The position numbers and the translations under genes were made by a program. A model generated the notes under the pieces. It did not search any database. It was not told where the DNA came from and saw only the letters and a program-made list of their open reading frames with translations. From positions 6,014,001 through 6,078,000 of the forward strand of contig NC_043023.1 of the NCBI RefSeq assembly GCF_006345805.1: a stretch of DNA of 64,000 bases, given 5' to 3'. This document shows positions 27,054 to 38,645 of the stretch, piece by piece. This DNA comes from Octopus sinensis. Taxonomy: Eukaryota. The stretch's first letter is position 1, and the number at the start of each line of letters is the position of its first letter.

Positions 27054-27518
27054 GTAAGTTTATTTTGTATGTTTGTATGTGTTTGTTGTTCCCAACTCCT
27101 CAGAGGTGGTGACCACCTATTTTTGAGTACCCAAGATTGAATTTTAACTTACAGGTAAGAATCTTGCTTCCCAACCACACGGTGCCTGGTTCAGTCCCAC
27201 TGCATTGCATCTTTGGCAAGTGTCTTCTGCTATACAAATCCACCCACAAGTCTACTAGGGACATGTGAGTGGATGTGGTGGACATAAACTGAAAACAGGT
27301 TGTCATATATATATAGTTAATCCAAACATGAAAACACAAAGAGAAAACACAACAATGTGAGGATGTAGAACAAGTATAGTGTTATTGGATGCTCAGGAAA
27401 GGAAAGAAAGAAGGAGGATTTAACGTTTCGAGCAGAGCTCTTCATCAGAAATATAGAAAAAGGAAAGGTCCAAGGAAGGGAAGATGGAGAAAGAAAATGG
27501 CCAACGATACACACGTGG

Positions 27519-27553
<35 letters not shown>

Positions 27554-27802
27554 CGGAGATGTACATGCAAAGCGAGTGACTTGATCTGAGATCGTGTACT
27601 GGAACGGAAACAATTGCAGCGTGGAAGGTGTTTATAAGCTATTTAAGAGATGCAGCACGAAGTTTTGTCAGTGAACAGGTCACGGTCTCAAAGCAACGAA
27701 AATATTTTGACAAATTAAATTTAAATGTTGAAGTGAATCTAACGGTTTTGTGTGTTTCTTAAATGGCTTATAAACACTTTCCACGCTGCAATTGTTTATA
27801 TA

Positions 27803-27858
<56 letters not shown>

Positions 27859-28954
27859 TATGTATCACTACTTTCCCGCCACCCAATCTTTAAACCCAGA
27901 TTTTCACCAGTCACTGCAATCCCAACTCCCTACTCCTGCCTTCTTGGCAATACCTGGCTGCATATATTTTAAGAGATGCATTTTATCAAGAAATCAAACT
28001 ACGTATCTCCTAAACTGCCATCTTTTTTTTTGCCTCGCATTTCCTCTTCATGCAACACAATTATCTCCCACTGCCCATCCCTGCCCTCACTGCCCTGCTC
28101 ATTGTATTGCTGCTTTCTCCCACCCCATCTTTATACCCAGGTTTTCACCAGTCACTGCAATCCCAACTCCCTACTCATGCCTTCTTGGCAATATCTGGCC
28201 GTGTGTATTATAACCTCTGTACCTTGAGGGCATGCCCTGGCAATTGCCACCATTCATCTCTCTCTTCCTCACTCTAACATCACATCTATGCTCTGTGATA
28301 CTCTGGCACTTTACCATCATCTCTCTCCTGCTCTTTTGCACTTTTGCTGTTTCCCAATCTCTCTCTCTCTCTTTCCCTTACTCTTCCCTCTGGCTGGGTA
28401 ACCATGTATCTCCTCTACACTAGTTTCTGCCTTCATTCTTGAAGACTCTCTCTCTCTCTTTCTCTCTTTCTCTTTTTCTTGCTTTTCCTTCTGGCTAAAA
28501 ATATCAGTCAGAACACGACCACAACCCTAAATCTTCACTGATACATATTAATTGAATCGGGGGAATGAGCAAAAATTCTAAACCCCTGTACCAAAAACGA
28601 AAAGAATCATAAATTGAAAAGACAGACAACCACTTTTCTTAACGCCCATTCCCACTCCACCATCTCCTATTTCTTTATTACCCACAAGGGGCTAAACATA
28701 GAGAGGACAAACAAGGACAGACAAATGGATTAAGTCGATTATATTGACCCCAGTGCGTAACTAGTACTTATTTAATCGACTCCGAAAGGATGAAAGGCAA
28801 AGTCGACCTTGGCGGAATTTGAACTCAGAACATAACGGCAGGTGAAATACCGCTAAGCATTTCGCCCGGCGTGTTAACGGTTCTGCCAGCTAGCCGCCTT
28901 TTCCCACTACACCATCTCCACTACACGACTACATTATCTCCACACCACTTCTGC

Positions 28955-29070
28955 TCTACTGCCATCAGAACCACATGACTGCACCACCACTACTACTACT
29001 ACTCCACAAACAATAATAGATACGTTGGTTGTGGTTCACCACTGGCCTTGCATGGGAGTACCATCAGTAT
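28955..29070 (-). pseudogene. Inverted fragment of the Ig1 N-half exon plus donor and intron start
   Basis: Minus strand reads GTACTCCCATGCAAGGCCAGTGGTGAACCACAACCAAC|GTAT..., matching about 31288-31402. Confidence 0.85.
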
Positions 29071-29530
29071 ACCTGTTTCTGTCCCCTTTCTTGTACCTCT
29101 CACTCTCTCCAGAAAACCATGTACCTCCTCTATAGCAAGACACCTGTTTCTGTCTCATCATCTGACACAAGATCCCCTCCTCCAATGTCCTCACCTCTCT
29201 CAAAATTACTTGTCTCTCAAGTTACTTGGTGACCCTCTTGGTGCACGCTTTAAAGTGATTGGCATTTGGAAGGGCATTCAGGTGCAAAAATCATACCAAA
29301 ACTAACCTCACCTGTGCTAGAGCCATGTAAAAAGCACTGAATCCACCCTGTAGAGTGGTTGGTGTTAGGAAGGGCATCCAACCATAAAATCCCTGCTAAA
29401 ACAGACACAATAGCCTGGGGAAGTCTTCTACTTGGCCAACTTCTGTCAACAGTCCTACCCATGCATGCATGGAAGATGGATACTAAATGATGATGATGAT
29501 AATACATATATATATATGTATATATATGTG

Positions 29531-29628
<98 letters not shown>

Positions 29629-29650
29629 ATATATAATATATATATTATTC

Positions 29651-29773
29651 AACAAAACCTGTTACTCTGAGTTTCACGTTGCCATTCATCGGACAGTTTT
29701 TGCTAGAGAAAAACTGTCTAGCAAAAACTGTCCGATGAACGGCAACGTGAAACTCAGAGTAACAGGTTTTGTT
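29651..29773. repeat. Palindrome made of two inverted hammerhead-like motifs (Penelope-like terminal repeat)
   Basis: Arms of about 55 bp; + strand CUGU-CCGAUGA-ACG gcaa CGU-GAAA-CUCAGAG-UA-ACAG. Confidence 0.65.
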
Positions 29774-29873
29774 GAATTTTCTGCTGCTTTAAATAAAGCA
29801 TATTACTCTACCATTGGTATTTGAGTACTCTTTTTTCCACCTTGTTTCACATTTATGTGTTTACTCCAGTATT

Positions 29874-29961
<88 letters not shown>

Positions 29962-30308
29962 CACCAAGTAAGTTAGGGGTTGTGGGTCCAACCCACTAAG
30001 GGATAATACTTATCCAATATACTGTTGGTATAATACCCAAATTATTAATACACAAGTGTTTTTAATTGCATTGCAATAAACTCACTTATTGTATTAAATG
30101 GGTGAAGGTAAAGAAATATTTTACCATTAATTTATAATACAAATAAGAAAATGGAAAATCAATTTAGATGGTTCATCAACTTACGGATATTATAATGTTA
30201 GATTATTTACTCATTTTACGAATCAGAATATATATTGGATAAATGATATCCCATAGTGGGTTACACCCATAACCTATCTTACTTTGTATTATATATATAT
30301 ATATATAT

Positions 30309-30562
30309 ATTATATAATTAGGGCTTAGTAAAATAAATTACTTTGCCACATACTGAACTTACTAGAAATAGCAGCCAAAAAAAAGTTTTTTAGCCATTTC
30401 TACTACTTAAAGAAAATTTCTCTCTTATTTTGAGTAAACATTATCTGAGAGAAATTTTCTTTAAGTAGTAGAAATGGCTAAAAAGCTTTTTTTTGGCTGC
30501 TATTTCTAGTAAGTTCAGTATGTGGCAAAGTAATTTATTTTACTAAGCCCTAATTATATAAT
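30309..30562. repeat. Near-perfect palindrome, about 116-bp arms with a 22-nt spacer
   Basis: 30309-30424 is the reverse complement of 30447-30562. Confidence 0.9.
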
Positions 30563-30896
30563 GTAATATTTTGAATTCACCTTAAATGGTCCTTTTACAT
30601 ACTGAATACTTGGTGAAATTGATTAATAACTAATTAATTTTACCCTCAATTGTTGATATATATATATATATATATATATTACAAATAAGAAAATGGAGAA
30701 ACACATTAGTTGGTTTATCAACTTTAGGATATTTGAATGTTGACTTCTAATATCCGAAAGCTGATGAACCATCTAAATTGTTTTTCCATTTTCTTATTTG
30801 TATTATAAATTAATGGTCAAATATTTCTTTACCTTCACTCATATAATACAATAAGTGAGTTTATTGCAATGCAATTAAAAACAGTTGTGTGTATGT

Positions 30897-30927
<31 letters not shown>

Positions 30928-31227
30928 AGTTTGTATGTATGCACGTTTATGAAGGTGTGCATGTTTGCACGTTTGTTTCTCTTTCCCTTGACATTGCGAT
31001 TATCGCAAATGATTGTTGTGCATTTCCAATATTTTGCAAAAATGTGTATGGCCATGGGGAAATATTAATTTCTTGGAAACAGGTGAGGGCTGGCAACAGG
31101 AAGGGAATCCAATTCTAAAAAATCTACCTCCGTAAACTCTGTCCAATCCATACAAGCATGGAACATGGACGAGGATGTTGATTTTATGTATGTTTATGAC
31201 AGTGATGCTCTCCTCTTTCTGTTACAG

Positions 31228-31333
31228 GTACCCAGCCACCTGTGATGTTAATCAACCCACCTACCCAGGTACTGTTTAAAGAATTTCAGACTGCGGTACT
31301 TCCATGCAAGGCCAGTGGTGAACCACAACCAAC
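31228..31333 (+). CDS. Cassette B exon: Ig1 N-half (TQPPVMLINPPTQVLFKEFQTAVLPCKASGEPQP)
   Basis: ctcctctttctgttacag acceptor, gtatgt donor, 106 nt, phase 1 to 2; not in ORF track. Confidence 0.88.
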
Positions 31334-31464
31334 GTATGTATTATTGTTTGTGTAGTAGTAGTAGTAGTGGTGGTGCAATCATGTGGTTCTGATGGCAGTA
31401 GATAGATATGTATATAGATATCTATCTATCTATCTATCTATCTTCCTGACTCTCTGTCTATCTG

Positions 31465-31508
<44 letters not shown>

Positions 31509-31615
31509 CCTAACTCTTTATCTATCTATCTGCATTGACCACCAGATAAGGGATCGGAGGACCCTGTCAAAGGGTCAGCATCTTTGGCTAGGTATTTCTC
31601 CTGCAGTTACCTTAC

Positions 31616-31775
31616 CAGAAATATAAAACCAAACTCCATCTCATCTAGGCTAACTATCTTCCTAATTAGTTGGGTTATGACCCTCTCTGTAACTTTCATC
31701 ACCTGATCCAATAATTTGATACCCCTGTAGTTATTGCTATCTAAAGCATCACCTTTCCCCTTATTCACTCCGAAA
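31616..31775 (-). mobile_element. RTE-clade reverse transcriptase fragment
   Basis: KGKGDALDSNNYRGIKLLDQVMKVTERVITQLIRKIVSLDEMEFGF. Confidence 0.75.
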
Positions 31776-32350
31776 AGCTCTATCTGCGATGATTTCATCT
31801 CAATCGAAGGAGAGGGGCTTTCTCTGTCCGGGTTGCAGATCCATGGAATAAGCTGCCGGACGAGATAGTGAAGATGCCGACGACCACTCAGTTCAAAGTC
31901 TCTCTTGACCAGGAATGGCCTGAACTCTTTGCATGAACACCCTCCCTGTACATAACTCCATGTCCCCCTACATGGCCTTGCTTTTTGAGCCAAAAAATTA
32001 ACTTAACTTAATATACATATGTGTGTGTGTATGGTTGTATGTTTGGGGGGTGCATGCGCACATGCATATGTGTGTGTATGTCTACTTTTTATCTCTCCAC
32101 ATTGTTTTTAAACTCACTATTCAGTTTCTCTGTCTTTCTGTTCGTCTGTATCTCTTGCTCTCTTTCTCTTACACACACTCACACAAATACACACAAACAC
32201 CCACACACACAGACCCCTGTCCTCATTTCTACTTTCCTCAATTTCAACCCATTATCACTTCATTTATATCTACATCCATACTCAAAAACCCACCCACCCT
32301 CTATCCCCATCTCCTTCGTCTTCATCTTTTTCCTTCTCTTCTACAACCAG

Positions 32351-32721
32351 GTACACCTGGAAAAAGGACAAACAGGACTTCAACGTGGCTGGCAGACGTG
32401 ACCACATCCTCACAGCACCAAACGAGGGAACACTTGTCTTCAAGCGACCCAAAAAGAAGGATGCCGGCACGTATCAATGTTTTGCAAACAACTCTTATGG
32501 GGTGGCCATGTCAGGCATCGTTGAACTACGTCATGCCTTCCTGCAGCCATACATCGATCAGGAACCAGAGACCATCACTGTCTTACCAGGGGCATCTCTC
32601 GTCCTCCCTTGTAACATGCCGTTCAGCTACCCTGAGCCCAATGTGACGTGGGTATTGAAACGCGATCATTGGTCAACCAAGGCCCTTAACTTCACTGAAC
32701 GAATCCTAATGGACCGCCAAG
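32351..32721 (+). CDS. Cassette B exon: Ig1 C-half + Ig2 N-half (YTWKKDKQ...ERILMDRQ)
   Basis: acaaccag acceptor, gtcagt donor, 371 nt. Confidence 0.92.
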
Positions 32722-33115
32722 GTCAGTATAGCCTTCTCACCATGGCCACCACTACCAATACTGCTTTGTCTTCTTTGATGAGTAGATATCAGTGTTGTTG
32801 TTTAGCTCCAGGTCAGTTCTAATCCTTCGACAAAGCTATGGTCCAAAATGTTCCAACAGTGACCATCCCATCTTTTATTCAGACATAGTATATCTAGGAC
32901 TATATTATCTAATACTGTTTAGAGATGAGGAATTCTGTACATTATTTACATTATTTACATTGGCTGGATCTTGTTTTGGATCTTGTCCTCATCTTGTTTG
33001 TTTTTACCACAACATTTCTGCTGATTTAATCTCCAACCTTCATTAGGTGTCCTGGTAGAATTTTGAACCCAACCCAGGGTTCTCATTCCTAAGGTATTTT
33101 TTGCTGATGTTGTTG

Positions 33116-33159
<44 letters not shown>

Positions 33160-33374
33160 CAATAGAAATACAAAATAAGAAAGAAGAAAACAAAGGACCA
33201 CTGATGCGGTCACAGGAGTGTGACGAAAGAACTCTGGCCGAAATAAGATTAAGATTAATGTAAAAAATAAATAACACTGAAGCAAAATAACACCAAATAT
33301 ATAGTGCGTGTGTTTTTATTGGCTAAACTGGCAAAATGACCATTCCGAAATATAACAATATTATTATTATTATT

Positions 33375-34016
33375 GAACTGAACTAGGAATCTTGGGGTTA
33401 GTAGCCCATGCTCTTAATCATTATGCTCTATGCCCATGGGCAATAATAGAGTGAATTTTAGGGCTTATAAACCTAATATTTTTGTATCCTTCCTTAAAAC
33501 CGGTTCCCATATTCTACTCATATCTGCACTCTCTCTACTTAGGAGGTTAATATGTCCTAGCATAGGTGCTGCCTCTTTTAGTTTCCGTATTTTCCTGTGG
33601 TGTTCTCTGTCTATTATTTTAACTACATCCCACAAGGAGAGGTGGTCTCCTTTTTTCCATACATGATCAGCTATACCTGATTTTTCAACATCTCTTCATG
33701 TCACAGCTTTGCAATGTTCCTCTACCCTTATTTTGAGTGGGAGGAATGTCTTGCCTTTGTATAATCTACCACAACTGCATGGGAAGGAGTACACACAGTT
33801 TTTGGTCATATTCTCTCCTCTGGGTGGTTTTATTCAAAAGAGATATTGGCAAAGTATTGTATTACTTTTGAATACTGTCCTGATGTCATATGGACTGCAC
33901 AACTTTTGTATCCTTTTTCATCTTCCTAATTGGAGTGGATAGAATGATTGCCCATGGGCATAGAGCATAATGGTTAAGAGCATGGGCTACTAACCCCAAG
34001 ATTCCAAGTTCAATTC
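33375..34016 (-). mobile_element. Penelope-like element GIY-YIG endonuclease fragment bracketed by 70-bp inverted repeats
   Basis: Minus translation NCVYSFPCSCGRLYKGKT..LKIRVEEH..SGIADHVWKKGDHLSLWDVVKIIDREHHRKIRKLKEAA; truncated second copy at about 35375-35790. Confidence 0.75.
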
Positions 34017-34035
34017 CATAATAATAATAATAATG

Positions 34036-34071
<36 letters not shown>

Positions 34072-34099
34072 GAAGAAGAAGAAGAAGAAGAAGAAGAAG

Positions 34100-34828
34100 A
34101 TTGAGATTGAAACAGTAGACCACCTAATCTCAGGGTGTAGAGTCTTAGCACCTGCAGAATATAAAGCAAGACATGACAGAGTCAGCCAGTATTTACACTG
34201 GACAATATGTCGGGATTATAAAATCAAAACCGCTGACAAATGGTATAAACATCATCCTGAAGCTGTGACTGAGGGAGAAAATGTGTTGATTCTATGGGAC
34301 TTCCCTGTGCAGACCGACAGGACTATAAAAGCCAATAAACCGGATATCATTATAAAAGATCAGACAAAAAGGATGTGTTTATTAATTGACATGAGTATTC
34401 CCTGTGATCACAATATAGCGGCGAAAGAATCTGACAAGATTAGTAAATATAAATGACTTGCTAATGGAAACTGAAAAAATGTGGCATCTCAGGGCGACTA
34501 CAATACCAGTGATTGTAGGATCTCTAGGAATGATAAAAAAAGGTACTGAAACTTATTTGAAAATGATTCCAGGCTTACCATCCCTACAGGAAGTGCAAAA
34601 AATCATATTAACTGGAATGGCTCATGTACTGAGAAGAGCATTATCGCTGTGAAACAACATCCATCCATGAATTTATTTATTTATTAATTTTTAAATACAT
34701 ATGTTATCTGTGAATTTACACGTGTAATCTGGGAATGCGGGAATGCATACAATGCCCTTCTCTGCTCTAGGTGTATGGAAAACACTCGGCGAGAAACGGA
34801 AGAAAATTTGAAGAAAGAAGGAAAAAAC
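34100..34828 (+). mobile_element. R4/Dong-like non-LTR retrotransposon, 5'-truncated (end of CCHC knuckle + restriction-like endonuclease)
   Basis: ETVDHLISGC..YKARHD..WYKH..WDFPVQTDRTIKANKPDIIIKD..LIDMSIPCD..KE.DKISKY, then IPVIVGSLG..QKIILTGMAHVLRRAL; (TAA)n on both sides. Other fragments at about 16990-17380, 52020-52260, 52700-52905, 57760-58025, 59090-59625. Confidence 0.85.
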
Positions 34829-36786
34829 ATAATAATAATAATAATAATAATAATAGTAATAACATTGAAAAATACCTTAGGAATGAGAACCAAGGTTCGA
34901 AATTTCCCCAAGACACCTGATGAAGGCTGGAGGGTATATCAACCAAAATGTTGTGGTAACAACAAACAAGATGAGGACAAATATCTGTCCAATGTAAATA
35001 ATGTAAATTATGTATAATATGATTGTTATTATTTGTGGCATTATTTGTTGTTGCAGTTAATTTGCCCTATCATCTTCTATCATCTTCTATCATCTTCTAT
35101 CATCTTCTATCATCTTCTATCATCTTCTATCATCTTCTATCATCAAAGATGTCCCAGCTACCACTGTTGCATCTTTTATTAAGACCTCGTTTATCTAGGA
35201 CTACATTACCTAATGTTTGGTGCAGTAGTTAATGTTAATGACTATAGTTATCGATGTTGTTGTTATTGTTCAATCCCAGTTCAATCCAAATCTAGCAGAC
35301 AGACTTATGATCAAAGATGTTCCACCTGCAACCATTTGGACTTTTATTCAGACATCGCGAATCTGGAGCTACATTATTGAACTGAACTTGGAATCTTGGG
35401 GTTAGTAGCCTATGCTCTTAACCACTACACCATATGTCCATGGGCAATTATGGAGTGAATTTTAGGGCTTGTAAACCTAATATTTTTGTATCCTTCCTTA
35501 AAACCGGTTCCCATATTCTACTCATATCTGCACTCTCTCTACTTAGGAGGTTAATATGTCCTAGCATAGGTGCTGCCTCTTTTAGTTTTCGTATTTTCCT
35601 GTGGTGTTCTCTGTCTATTATTTTAACTTCATCCCACAGGGGGAGCTGGTCTCCATTTTTCTATACATGATCATCTTTTTCTGATTTTCCAACATCTCTT
35701 CATGTCACAGCTTTACAATGTTCTTCTACCCTTATTTTGAGTGGGAGGAATGTCTTGCCTTTGTATAATCTACCACAACTGCAAGGGAAGGAGCTACAAT
35801 CATATAGATTGACCCCCCCATCAAACCCCACCCTGCTACTGCTTTCATTCAAAATATTAATGTACAAGATGGAAAATTATAAATTGAAACACCCCGCTGA
35901 CTTTCATGTGAGATGGTTGTACATAGTTTCTGTTGTGGAAAAAGTCATTGACACCCCTGTGGGATTGGAAGAATGGACTAATCGAATACTTATAAAGAGT
36001 ATCATATTGGTTGAGACAAGAGACAATTGTAGGAGTCATTGGGAGTAATTTGAAGTACATCGTTGAAGACGGTTGTGTCTATCCCTGCTTTGTGAAATCT
36101 GTATATCCAACACGATTGTTCCTTCTCGAGCCATGCCTGGCTCATAAGGGCCAGTTTCCCTGTTTCCTTGACATTTAGGTTCCCCACCTGGACGGGATGC
36201 CAGTCCATCACAGGTGAGCTGCAAGATGCAAGAGGAAAGAGTGAGAGAAAGTTGTGGCGAAAGAGTCAGCAGAAGTTCGCCATTACTTTCTGCCGGAGCC
36301 GCGTGGAGCTTAGGTGTTTCACTCAAACACACACATCACCCGGTCTGAGATTCGAACCCACGATCCCTCAACCGCAAGTCTGCTGCTCTAACCACTAGGC
36401 CATGTGCCTCCACATATCCAACACATAGAATGATACAAAAGTTGCATTGATAGATTTACAATGAGTTTAAATACTTCAGTGATTTGTGGGTGTCACAGAT
36501 AATAGATTTGTAAAGGAATCAACCATGATGTAGATATCAGAGTGGCACCCCTGTAAATAGTTTCTTCTTAAATTCTACTGAAATTCTGGCAATATCTTTA
36601 ACCATTCTCATCTACAAACAGACCCCTGGAAAAACAAAATACAGTTGTGTCCATCAAGAGGTTCCATATTCTAAGAACATTCTTTGGGAACATTCAGGCC
36701 CCAATTATATTTGGGACCTGAACAAAACTGAAGTGCATCGTGGTAGAGATATTGTGGCTAAAATAACCAAGACAAAGATACAAGTA

Positions 36787-37260
36787 TTAACCCTTTCGTT
36801 ACCAACCCGGCTGAAACCGGCTCTGGCTTTGTAGTACAAATGTTTTGTTTCCATAAGATTTGAATTAAAATCTTCCACCAAACCTTAGTCACAATTTATG
36901 TTCCTAACACCAGCTGAATGATAACTAAGTTATTTTACTAAATTCTTTGTTATATTTAAAATAATTGAAAGAAACACAGAGCATCTCAACAGAAATACAG
37001 TAATGAAAGGGTTAAAGTCACCATGATATTTTTAGCCCTTTTGATATCAACCCAGCTGAAACCAGCTCTGGCTTTGTAGTACAAATGTCTTGTTTTCATA
37101 AGTTTTGCATTAAAATATACCACCAAACCTTAGTCGCAATTTATGTTCCTAACACTAGCTTAATGATAACTAAGTTAGTTTACTAAATTCTTTGTTATAT
37201 TTAAAATAATTGAAAGAAACACAGAGCATCTCAACAGAAATACAGTAAGAAAAGGGTTAA
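36787..37260. mobile_element. Two head-to-tail piggyBac-like MITEs (about 230 bp each)
   Basis: TTAACCCTTTCGTTACC...GTAATGAAAGGGTTAA termini (TTAA + CCC); 36787-37015 and 37032-37260. Confidence 0.75.
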
Positions 37261-37348
37261 AGAATTAATATAAAATCTTGATAATTTCACACTCAGAAAT
37301 ACACATAAAATTCTTCTCTCCTCACCTATTCTCCTAATTCTTTTCCAG

Positions 37349-37477
37349 GCAACCTTGTCTTTGTTAATGTACAAGAAGAAGACTCCTACAAAGACACTGC
37401 CTATGCTCGTGTGGCTTTCAATATGTTTGTACGAATATTCTCAGTGGGTAAAAGCATTTACTTGAAAACCTTACCAG
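37349..37477 (+). CDS. Cassette B exon: Ig2 C-half (NLVFVNVQEEDSYKDTAYARVAFNMFVRIFSVGKSIYLKTLP)
   Basis: ttttccag acceptor, gtgaga donor, 129 nt; conserved Cys replaced by Arg. Confidence 0.88.
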
Positions 37478-37751
37478 GTGAGATTTACTTTGATTTCCAA
37501 ATGAATACTCGAGGATACGCAAAGCCTCAAACTGTTTCTTATCATTGTCAAAAACTCTATCACTTGATTTGAATATATTTTTGTAAACTAATTTTTGACA
37601 CCACTGAGGATACACAAAAAAATCTCACTCTTGACTTTTGAAAATCTTTTTGAATAAATGAAAACCAGTTAAAAAATACTTTTAAAAGACTCCTGCATTT
37701 TCAAATTCTCTTCCTTATATTTATACTCGTGCAGTAACCCCCAACTTTTGT

Positions 37752-37782
<31 letters not shown>

Positions 37783-37790
37783 ATATATAT

Positions 37791-38545
37791 GAGCAAAACG
37801 CCCCCTGGCCAATGGGCGGTGCTGAGTTGTCAAACATTTAAACCAAATTTTCTCAAAACAACTTGTCCGACCGTCCCATAGGCCTCCCCTTTGAGAAACA
37901 CTGATTTAACCTAAATTTGAGACACCATGCATTTTTCTCACGTATACATATTATTGATCGCAACAGCTGATGTACTTGCGCATACAAATGCACATTCCCA
38001 CGGCTTTATCGATCGCATTCTCACCTGGGATCGATTTTTGTAATTTTTTCAAAGCTTATACACCCCCTGATACCGTTGGAATCTACATATAAAATTTGAG
38101 CGCAATCAGATGGAGGATGCCCGAGATCCTAGAAGACACACACACAGACACAACAGATTTTATATATATATATACAAGCAAAACGCCCCCCGTCCAATGG
38201 ACGGTGCTGAGTTGTCAAACATTTAAACCAAATTTTCCCAAAACAACTTGGCCCTACCATCCCATAGGCCTCCCCTTTGAGAAACACTGATTTAACCTAA
38301 ATTTGAGACACCAGCAAAAGAAGAAATAAAGATAGACGTTTTTTCTATTCCAAAGAAAAACGATTTTATTCACTTTATCGATCGCATTCTCACCCGGAAT
38401 CGATTTTTGTAATTTTTCAAGACTTATACACACCCTGATACCGTTGGTATCTACATATCAAATTTGAGCGCAATCAGATGCAGGATGCCCGAAATCCTAG
38501 AAGACACACACACCCAGACAGACAGAATGGATTTTATATAATAGA
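37791..38545 (-). mobile_element. Two tandem non-autonomous Helitron-like elements
   Basis: Minus-strand 5' TCTAT(T)ATATAAAA start and a 3' GC-rich hairpin before a degenerate CTAG; units 37791-38172 and 38175-38545. Confidence 0.55.
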
Positions 38546-38591
38546 TATATTTATATATTATTCATTTAAAGGGCACAATACATGAATTTAA

Positions 38592-38645
38592 GTACTACTA
38601 GAAGTTTCACATGTCGAGAAATACTCAAACATATTCTTCAGGTGC
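38592..38645 (-). ncRNA. Hammerhead ribozyme-like motif in an inverted Penelope-like terminal repeat
   Basis: GCAC-CUGAAGA-AUAUGUUUGAG uauuu CUCGACAUGU-GAAA-C UUCUA G-UA-GUAC; one stem I mismatch. Confidence 0.5.

Larger units (their letters stand above)
18991..28047 (+). repeat. Tandem triplication of an Ig6-exon-containing segment (U1 18991-23213, U2 23214-26245, U3 26246-28047)
   Basis: Each unit begins G(G/A)TCCTTT..AACCCAACAGAC and ends CATTTCCTCT; colinear and highly similar apart from insertions in (TA)n tracts. Confidence 0.9.
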
